Source: Deferribacterales bacterium (GTDB lineage: Bacteria; Chrysiogenota; Deferribacteres; Deferribacterales; Geovibrionaceae). Taken from it: a stretch of 64,000 nucleotides of DNA. A program made the position numbers and the translations under genes. The first letter of the stretch is position 1, and each line of letters begins with the position of its first letter. A model generated the notes under the pieces. It ran no database searches. It saw only the letters and a program-made list of their open reading frames with translations, and was not told the DNA's origin. The stretch is from the NCBI GenBank assembly GCA_050251945.1, contig JBFWLW010000003.1, positions 1 to 64,000 of the forward strand, read 5' to 3'. Below, in pieces: positions 57,294 through 64,000 of the stretch.

Positions 57294-57974
57294 ATGAATA
57301 CGATAAGAACACTCATTATCGAAGACGATATAAAAATATCTGAACTGCATCGGCGGTTTCTGGAAAAAGTCGGCGGGTTTGAAATCATAGGTATAGCCAA
57401 CAGCCTTGCCGACGGCGAATACATGATAGAAAACCTTGACCCTGAACTTGTTCTTCTCGATCTGTTCTTTCCCGACGGGAACGGGATAGATTTTCTGAAA
57501 AAGACCCGACAGCAGGGCAAAAGCGTTGATTTTATCCTCATTACGGCGGCGAAAGAGGCACATCTGCTGCAGGACGCTCTGAGAGGCGGAATATTTGACT
57601 ACATCGTCAAGCCTGTGATATTCGACCGCTTCAAAGCATCGCTTGAGAAATTCCGCAACTTCCGCCATGAGCTTACAAGATGCACCATTCTGGAACAGCA
57701 GGCCATAGACAACATAATTCACCCGGCGGCAGAAGCCGCAGAAGCAGCCGACAGCCCAAAGGGAATAGACCCCATAACCCTGAAAAAAGTGTGCGGAGTT
57801 TTTGAAAACACCGACGGAAAAGGATTCTCCGCGGAAGAGGTCGGGAAGATAATAGGGGCGAGCCGCAATACGGCAAGACGATATCTGGAATATCTGCTGT
57901 CGTCAGGCTTTCTGTATGCTGACATAGATTACGGAACAGTGGGCAGACCGGAACGCATATTTTACAGAAACTGA
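57294..57974 (+). CDS. CitB/DcuR-family response regulator
   Basis: PKGIDPITL, SRNTARRYLEYL and YGTVGRP. Confidence 0.93.
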   Translation: MNTIRTLIIEDDIKISELHRRFLEKVGGFEIIGIANSLADGEYMIENLDPELVLLDLFFPDGNGIDFLKKTRQQGKSVDFILITAAKEAHLLQDALRGGIFDYIVKPVIFDRFKASLEKFRNFRHELTRCTILEQQAIDNIIHPAAEAAEAADSPKGIDPITLKKVCGVFENTDGKGFSAEEVGKIIGASRNTARRYLEYLLSSGFLYADIDYGTVGRPERIFYRN

Positions 57975-57979
57975 CCCCG

Positions 57980-58024
57980 TGAGCAATATGAGCAAAATCA
58001 CCGGAAATAACAAAATCAACAGTA
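57980..58024 (+). promoter_or_regulatory. Putative CitB/DcuR-family binding region
   Basis: Imperfect repeats at a 9-bp period: tgagcaata, tgagcaaaa, tcaccggaa, ataacaaaa, tcaacagta. Confidence 0.45.
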
Positions 58025-58103
58025 TTTTGGCAATATTGAACTAATGTAATTTTTAAGTCATTTTAATGTCACAAAGTCTTAACTGCTACTATGGAGGACG
58101 AAG

Positions 58104-59588
58104 ATGAGTGATATTAAAAGACGTGACTTTATCAAAGGCGCAGTGGCATCAGTTGTCACAGCCGGAATATTCTCGGCTCCCAACGCATCCGCACAGGTTT
58201 TCTGTAACGCGGACAAGATAAAATGGGACGAAACACTCGACACGGTTATCATAGGCTCAGGCTTCGCAGGTCTGACAGCCGCATGCCATTCCAAACTGAA
58301 CGGGACTGATCCCGTTATCTTTGAAAAACGCGCACTGGTGGGCGGAAACTCCGTTCTTTCAACGGCATGGCTGAACGCCGCAGAAACAACAATCCAGCGG
58401 GACAAATTCGGTATCATGGACGACAGCCACGAACTGCACTATCAGGATACCATGAAAGGCGGCGACTTCAAAAACGACCCCGCAATGGTGAAAAAACTTA
58501 CCGACGAGGTTACAAACTCCGTCGAATGGCTCAAATCAATAGGCGCCCCCTTCCCGAAAGTAATCTTCATGGGCGGAGCCGTTAAAAAGAGAGCCCACGC
58601 CGTTTCAAACGAATACGGCGGCGGACTTGTCAAACTGCTCTACAACAAAACAAAAGAACTCAAAATACCGCTTCGCAAGAAAACAAACGTTCTTGACTTC
58701 GTGATTGTCGAAGACAAAAACGGCGTAAAAGAGATGCAGGGGCTTTACGTCGATCAGAACGGCAAGAAAAAATATGTTCGTGTAAAACGTGCGGTTATCG
58801 TTGCCACAGGGGGATTCGGAGGCAGTGCCGAGATGGTTGAAAGATATGACCCTTCACTGAAAGGTTATGCGACAACCAACTTCAGAGACGCCTCCACGGG
58901 AGAGGCAATGGTAGCCGCCATGGACAAAGGCGCTGACACAGCCGGAATTAACTATATCCAGATTCACCCCACCCTCTCGCGCACTGAAAGCGGAAAGGGT
59001 AATATCCTCATCACCGAGGGGCTGCGGGGAACAGGATTCATACTGATAAATAACCAGTGTAAAAGATTCGTAATGGATCTTGACAGAAGGGACGTGGTCT
59101 CCGCAGCCATCCTCCAGCAGCCGCAAAAGTATGCGATACTTATCGGCAGTCAGGAAACATACGAAGGCAAAGTGGCTGACTATATCAAACTCGGTCTTGC
59201 GTTTGAGGCAAACACTCTGCAGGAACTCGCGCAAAAGGTCAAACTTGACCCCGCCGCTCTTGCTGATGTCATCAGCGAATACAACGGCTACGTTAAAGCA
59301 GGCAAAGACCCGCAGTTCAACAGACGCGACCTCACAAAACCGATACTCACGGCACCTTTTTATGCCATACCCGTTCAGCCCGCAATTCACCACACAATGG
59401 GCGGTCTGCGCATAAACACCGAAGGTCAGGTGGTTGACGTTCACGGAAACATCATCAGGCGCATGTATGCCGCAGGCGAAGTTACCGGCGGTATCCATGG
59501 AACAAACAGACTCGGCGGCAATGCAGTCGCAGACTGTCTCACATTCGGAAGACTTGCGGCACAAAGAGCCGCACAGGAAAATGCTTAA
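58104..59588 (+). CDS. Tat-exported flavocytochrome c flavoprotein subunit, probable periplasmic fumarate reductase
   Basis: KRRDFIK; IIGSGFAG FAD motif; QIHPT, TEGLRG, RRD, HHTMGG and NRLGGN match the FccA/Fcc3 active-site set. Confidence 0.88.
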   Translation: MSDIKRRDFIKGAVASVVTAGIFSAPNASAQVFCNADKIKWDETLDTVIIGSGFAGLTAACHSKLNGTDPVIFEKRALVGGNSVLSTAWLNAAETTIQRDKFGIMDDSHELHYQDTMKGGDFKNDPAMVKKLTDEVTNSVEWLKSIGAPFPKVIFMGGAVKKRAHAVSNEYGGGLVKLLYNKTKELKIPLRKKTNVLDFVIVEDKNGVKEMQGLYVDQNGKKKYVRVKRAVIVATGGFGGSAEMVERYDPSLKGYATTNFRDASTGEAMVAAMDKGADTAGINYIQIHPTLSRTESGKGNILITEGLRGTGFILINNQCKRFVMDLDRRDVVSAAILQQPQKYAILIGSQETYEGKVADYIKLGLAFEANTLQELAQKVKLDPAALADVISEYNGYVKAGKDPQFNRRDLTKPILTAPFYAIPVQPAIHHTMGGLRINTEGQVVDVHGNIIRRMYAAGEVTGGIHGTNRLGGNAVADCLTFGRLAAQRAAQENA

Positions 59589-59595
59589 TTTTTGC

Positions 59596-59621
59596 GGGGG
59601 AGCGACGTCTCCCCCTTTTTT
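59596..59621 (+). terminator. Intercistronic hairpin with U-tract
   Basis: GGGGGAG-cgacgt-CTCCCCC-TTTTTT. Confidence 0.55.
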
Positions 59622-59636
59622 ACCGATGAGGATATT

Positions 59637-59975
59637 ATGAAACTTAAAGCTATAATAATACTTACAGTTCTGGCTTTCATCGCCGTTGTTGTTTCAGGTG
59701 CTGTCGCTCAGGAGCTTAAGGGCAAACACAAAGAGAACAGCATAGCCTGCGTTGACTGTCACAAAACGGAAACGCCGGATTCACCCGCAGACGTTGAAGC
59801 GTGTGTGGAGTGTCACGGCACACAAGAGGATATGGCAAAGGTTACCGAAAAACTGCCAATCAATCCTCACGATTCGCATTTAGGCGAAATAGACTGCACC
59901 GAATGTCATAAAATACATGAACCTTCGGTGATCTTCTGCAATCAGTGCCATAACTATAAAATGAATCTGAAATAA
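59637..59975 (+). CDS. Small tetraheme cytochrome c (flavocytochrome partner)
   Basis: Signal peptide; CVDCH, CVECH, CTECH, CNQCH and NPHDSH. Confidence 0.93.
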   Translation: MKLKAIIILTVLAFIAVVVSGAVAQELKGKHKENSIACVDCHKTETPDSPADVEACVECHGTQEDMAKVTEKLPINPHDSHLGEIDCTECHKIHEPSVIFCNQCHNYKMNLK

Positions 59976-59999
59976 CCTCCTTTTACACGTCACATTCTT

Positions 60000-60111
60000 A
60001 AGGGCGGAAATTCTCCGCCCTTTCTTATTTCCGCAATAAGACTGCTTCGGGCTAAAACCCTCGCAGAGACGGTTTTCGTCTTCGCGAGGAGCGTCAGCGA
60101 CGCGGCGATCT
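60000..60111 (+). repeat. Terminator hairpin followed by a stand-alone REP-like doublet (MITE core without terminal IRs)
   Basis: agggcgg...ccgccct at 60001-60021; agactgcttcg...ctcgcagagac and gtcttcgcgaggagcg...gcgatct at 60039-60111. Confidence 0.7.
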
Positions 60112-60154
60112 GAATCCTTCTTTTTTTAATCGTTCCGAAGAGCTGAATTTTTCC

Positions 60155-60193
60155 GCAAGAATCGGGTGGAAACATCTCTTATTTAGCTGTAAT
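60155..60193 (+). promoter_or_regulatory. Ada/Cada2-type box plus -10 element
   Basis: GCAAGAATCGGGTGGAAAC identical to 62879-62897; TGTAAT at the same 14-nt spacing. Confidence 0.6.
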
Positions 60194-60217
60194 CTGTATC
60201 CTCATCAGGAGAATAAT

Positions 60218-60877
60218 ATGAAAACAGTTTTCGCGCCCGGCTGTGCGCTTTTCATCCATAACATAGAACTTGCAGAGAAAATATCCGCATATCTGAGAGC
60301 CAGATACAACATAGGCGAGGTACATGAAACCTGCTGCCATCATGACCCGAATGTCACCGAGGAAACAAAACTGGTCTGCGTCTGTTCGGGATGCATACGC
60401 CGTTACGACACTCTGTACTATGACGTGAGCGCCATCTCCCTTTGGGAGCTTATCGACCGCGATCCCGACTTTAACTTTCCGGACTATGGCGGCATGACCA
60501 TGACTGTGCTTGACGCCTGCCCGACAAGACTCTATCCGCAAATGCACGATGCCGTGCGCTCCATAATGGAAAAGATGAATATAAAAATCGTCGAACCGGC
60601 GCGGACAGGAAGCGAAGGAAAATGCTGCGGAGACAGTTTTTACGGTGTTCTGCCGAAAGAACAGGTTATTGGAAAGATGTGCGAGCGCGGAAACGAGATG
60701 CCCGCGGAAGACGTCGCAGTGTACTGCGTATCCTGCGTTAAGGCGATGAAGAACGGCGGAAAAACTCCGCGTTATCTGCCAGACCTGCTGTTCGGCACTG
60801 ACACGCCAGCTGGTGAGTGCGACCCAGACGCATGGCACGCACAGGTTGACGATTTCATTGAGAAACACCAGACCTAA
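60218..60877 (+). CDS. Cysteine-rich CCG-domain (Fe-S) protein
   Basis: PGC, CC, CSGC, DAC, CCG and CVSC motifs. Confidence 0.85.
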   Translation: MKTVFAPGCALFIHNIELAEKISAYLRARYNIGEVHETCCHHDPNVTEETKLVCVCSGCIRRYDTLYYDVSAISLWELIDRDPDFNFPDYGGMTMTVLDACPTRLYPQMHDAVRSIMEKMNIKIVEPARTGSEGKCCGDSFYGVLPKEQVIGKMCERGNEMPAEDVAVYCVSCVKAMKNGGKTPRYLPDLLFGTDTPAGECDPDAWHAQVDDFIEKHQT

Positions 60878-61652
60878 GATATTTGGCGGGCGGACTGCCC
60901 GTCTCCTTGCGGAATGATTCTATGAATGCACTAATACTCTGGTAACCGAGATCGTAAGCCGCCTCGGTAACGGACATGCCGCTGTCCATCATCTGCACCG
61001 CCTTGATCATCTTAAGCCTCTTCCGCCATACGCCAAACGTCATACCCGTCTCTTTCAGAAAAATTCTGGCGAAATTGCGCGGACTCGTGTTCGCTTCTAC
61101 AGCCCATTCATCAAGGGTTTTCCGGCATGACGGATTCTCGTCAAGATACTGCATTATGCGAACCAGAAGAGGGCTGGAAGCAGCAGGCAAACAAAAAGGT
61201 TCCTCCTTCGCTTCCGCTATTTCATCAACTAAAACAGCAGACAAGTTAGCCAGCTTACTGATATCCGCAGTTTGACAGAATTTCGCTATCAGCTCCCGAA
61301 GGAAAGGGCTTACAGACATAACAAAGCATCTGTCCGGCAGTCTGTGGGTGCACGACGGGTCGAAGAAAAGATTTTTCACCAGTGTTCTGCCTGAAAATTC
61401 AGCTCTGTGGGAAACACCGCCCGGAATCCAAACCGCCTGCAGAGGGGGAACCACCCACATACCTTTCTCAGTTATAACTTTCTTCACCCCTGCACTGGCA
61501 TACATAAGCTGTCCTCTGGGATGCTCATGGAAATCAGGACATATCTGACCGTGTATCTCTGCAACATAGGTCATTACAGGTCTTGAGCCATCGATTACAT
61601 AGCCGGTTTCGACAGGTTTAAAATTTGTCTGTTTTACGATATTCATAGTCAT
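60855..61652 (-). CDS. AraC-family regulator (cupin sensor, NimR-like)
   Basis: HEHPRGQL, WVVPP..AVWIP, ETGMTFGVWR and LGYQSISAF. Confidence 0.93.
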   Translation of the reverse strand: MTMNIVKQTNFKPVETGYVIDGSRPVMTYVAEIHGQICPDFHEHPRGQLMYASAGVKKVITEKGMWVVPPLQAVWIPGGVSHRAEFSGRTLVKNLFFDPSCTHRLPDRCFVMSVSPFLRELIAKFCQTADISKLANLSAVLVDEIAEAKEEPFCLPAASSPLLVRIMQYLDENPSCRKTLDEWAVEANTSPRNFARIFLKETGMTFGVWRKRLKMIKAVQMMDSGMSVTEAAYDLGYQSISAFIESFRKETGSPPAKYLRSGVSQ

Positions 61653-61710
61653 ATTATCGTTAGATTTTCAGCTACTGCAAGGTTTATAATCTTTCCCACA
61701 GGAGGATGAC

Positions 61711-62877
61711 ATGAAAAAAGCACCTGTCTTTCACGACACGACACTCAGAGACGGCAATCAATCACTCGCGAAACCTTGGAATCTTGAAGAGAAACTGGAA
61801 GTGTTCGGGCTATTGTGCGGGCTGGGTGTTGAAAAGATAGAAGCCGGGTTTCCATCTGCATCGGCTATGGACTTTGAAACATGCAGGACAATAGCCGAGG
61901 TGGCGGACGGAAACATCACAGTCGGGGCGCTCACAAGAGCCGTACAAAAGGACATAAAGACCACATACGAGAGCATAGCTCATGCGGCAACTCCGCGCAT
62001 ACACATAGTTCTGGCGCTCAGCCCGTTCACAATGGAACACGTACTCAGGATGCCTCCCCAAAAGGTTAAACAGCTTGCGGTGGAATCAGTTGCATACGCC
62101 CGCTCACTCATAAAGAACAGAGGCGAGGTGCAGTTCACCGCTGAACATTTCGGCGACTGCATGGAAAATCTCGATTTCGTCACAGAAACATTTCTCGCAT
62201 GTGCCGATGCCGGCGCGGACATAATAAATATGCCTAACACAGTTGAGCGCTACCGTCCGTATCTGTTCACAAACATGGTGGAAAAAGTTGTAACGGCACT
62301 TCCGAAGCATATTCTGGCTTCCGTCCACTGCCACAACGACCTCGGCATGGCGACCGCAACTTCCGTGGAATCATATTTCGCAGGTGCAGTGCAGATTGAG
62401 ACCTGTATGAACGGCATAGGCGAACGTGCGGGCAACGCGAACCTGTTCGAGATAGCGGCGGTATTGAACAACTGCGGCGTGGACACGGGGCTTAACATGA
62501 AACTGTTTGCTCAGACAGCAAAACACATGGCAGAGCTTTCAACAACACCTATACACCAAAAGGCGCCTCTTTTCGGGGAAGAGGTTGTCATGCACAGAAG
62601 CGGCATACATCAGGACGGGGCTGTTAAGACAAAGCATATGGCAAAAGGGGCATACCGTCCCATGGATTTCAGTGCCATCGGCAGAGCGGATAACGACAGA
62701 ATGGGGTTCACCAGCCAGTCTGGGCGCTCCGCACTCTTAGAGGTACTGGCTCAGGCGGGTATAACCATTTCCCAGCAACAGGCGGCGGCGCTGATAAAGA
62801 TATGCAAAAAAACATCCGAATCTGAAGGGGAGCTTTCACCCGACAGGATACTGGAACTCTACACAAAAGTCAGATAG
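61711..62877 (+). CDS. leuA: 2-isopropylmalate synthase-like enzyme, short form without the C-terminal regulatory domain
   Basis: DTTLRDGNQ, HCHNDLG, GIGERAGN and HRSGIHQDG; only 388 aa. Confidence 0.75.
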   Translation: MKKAPVFHDTTLRDGNQSLAKPWNLEEKLEVFGLLCGLGVEKIEAGFPSASAMDFETCRTIAEVADGNITVGALTRAVQKDIKTTYESIAHAATPRIHIVLALSPFTMEHVLRMPPQKVKQLAVESVAYARSLIKNRGEVQFTAEHFGDCMENLDFVTETFLACADAGADIINMPNTVERYRPYLFTNMVEKVVTALPKHILASVHCHNDLGMATATSVESYFAGAVQIETCMNGIGERAGNANLFEIAAVLNNCGVDTGLNMKLFAQTAKHMAELSTTPIHQKAPLFGEEVVMHRSGIHQDGAVKTKHMAKGAYRPMDFSAIGRADNDRMGFTSQSGRSALLEVLAQAGITISQQQAAALIKICKKTSESEGELSPDRILELYTKVR

Positions 62878-62878
62878 A

Positions 62879-62917
62879 GCAAGAATCGGGTGGAAACCTG
62901 TACAGCAATGATATAAT
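62879..62917 (+). promoter_or_regulatory. Ada/Cada2-type box plus extended -10; probably a leaderless transcript
   Basis: GCAAGAATCGGGTGGAAAC, then TGaTATAAT ending 8 nt before the ATG; no SD sequence. Confidence 0.65.
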
Positions 62918-62925
62918 TTAAACCC

Positions 62926-63750
62926 ATGAGAGATTATGAACGCATTGAGCGGGCAATAAGATATATTGAGGCGCACGCACAGAACCAACCGACGCTGGAC
63001 GAAGTGGCGGCTCATATTGATTTAAGCCCGTATCACTTTCAGAGACTTTTCACGGACTGGGCGGGGATAAGCCCGAAGAGGTTCATGCAGTGCCTGACCA
63101 TTCAGGCGGCAAAAAAACTTCTGGACGAATCCCGCCCTGTTCTGGATGCCGCATTTGACGTAGGCTTGAGAAGTCCGTCACGCCTGCACGACTTGTTCGT
63201 CAGCGTTGACGCCGTCACCCCCGGCGAATACAAATCCATGGGCGGCGGGCTTACCATACGCTACGGTTTTCAGCCTACACCCTTCGGAACATGTCTCACG
63301 GCAATAACGGAAAGAGGCATATGCGGACTATCATTTATTCACAATACGAACGAAACGGAAGAATTTGAAACACTGCGGTCGAACTGGCAGAACGCAGAAT
63401 TCGTTCATGACGACAGCGCCGTAAAAGAAGTAACTGAAAAGATATTCTCTAACGACAAAAGCGACATAAAAATATTCATGAAAGGAACAAACTTTCAGAT
63501 AAAGGTCTGGACGGCAGTGCTGAACCTCCCTGTTGGTGTGTTCGCCAGCTACAGCTACATAGCCCGCATGATAAGCATGCCGAAAGCTTCCCGCGCGGTG
63601 GGCAGTGCGCTGGGGCGCAACAACATCGGCTATCTGATACCCTGCCACAGAGTTCTTCGCGAAACCGGAGCCGTAACGGGCTACCGGTGGGGAACGGAGC
63701 GCAAAAAAGCAATGATGGCATACGAATCAGCCTCATCTGAAACGTTCTAA
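62926..63750 (+). CDS. Bifunctional AraC-HTH / O6-methylguanine-DNA methyltransferase (Cada2-type Ada, no Zn domain)
   Basis: SPYHFQRLF, SRLHDLF, GTNFQIKVW, RAVGSA and IPCHRV. Confidence 0.92.
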   Translation: MRDYERIERAIRYIEAHAQNQPTLDEVAAHIDLSPYHFQRLFTDWAGISPKRFMQCLTIQAAKKLLDESRPVLDAAFDVGLRSPSRLHDLFVSVDAVTPGEYKSMGGGLTIRYGFQPTPFGTCLTAITERGICGLSFIHNTNETEEFETLRSNWQNAEFVHDDSAVKEVTEKIFSNDKSDIKIFMKGTNFQIKVWTAVLNLPVGVFASYSYIARMISMPKASRAVGSALGRNNIGYLIPCHRVLRETGAVTGYRWGTERKKAMMAYESASSETF

Positions 63751-64000
63751 TCTCTTTTTATCTCTGGCATAAGCCTTTTCTCCCGACTTCTGTGTCATGT
63801 TCCAGATAAAAGCATACCATGGCATCCTGTCCACCCATTTGCCCCTGCGTTTTGGCAACGCGACAGCATTTTCAGCACCACCAGTTGAAACATCCGCAAT
63901 TATTAAGCCTTCCTGCTGGTCAAGTCTCTCAATCACATTTCCGCCGCAGTCAGCGATGGCAGTCTGTCCGGCAAAAAAAGTATCCTGCAAAGGAAACCCG
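63733..64000 (-). CDS. Carbon-nitrogen hydrolase-family protein, C-terminal part (partial)
   Basis: FAGQTAIADCGGNVIERL...EGLIIADV resembles nitrilase-superfamily C-termini; the frame is open to the window edge. Confidence 0.6.
   Translation of the reverse strand, partial: GFPLQDTFFAGQTAIADCGGNVIERLDQQEGLIIADVSTGGAENAVALPKRRGKWVDRMPWYAFIWNMTQKSGEKAYARDKKRLERFR

Overview
A gene-dense window from a motile Gram-negative anaerobe or microaerophile with versatile respiration. A Deferribacterota-like host is my guess from gene content only and is not demonstrated. The respiratory genes are two Tat-exported molybdo-bis-PGD oxidoreductases, a split flavocytochrome c fumarate reductase next to a CitA/DcuS-type two-component system, cytochrome bd (cydAB), and a split-Soret-like cytochrome c with a cytochrome b. 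The window also holds an autotransporter, a 3337-aa T1SS adhesin with its secretion genes, a metal ABC operon whose TonB receptor carries an in-frame TGA, and an Ada/Cada2-type repair regulator. Main observations: (1) an ~11.5 kb cluster (uncharacterised Mo enzyme, Fe-S subunit, chaperone, OprD porin, class-V PLP enzyme, split YeeE/YedE, atypical rhodanese, MFS) is tied together by a CTGG-type operator repeated at a 24-bp period and a MocR regulator, making it a candidate undescribed S/Se-amino-compound redox pathway; (2) a ~140-bp MITE-like element carries a REP doublet and is flanked by duplicated terminator hairpins, in direct or inverted orientation; (3) a 19-bp box is shared by the ada-like gene and a CCG-domain gene; (4) an exbB/ABC-permease chimeric remnant sits behind a Fur box. 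No rRNA, tRNA, CRISPR array or transposase was seen. All family assignments come from reading motifs by eye; no searches were run.
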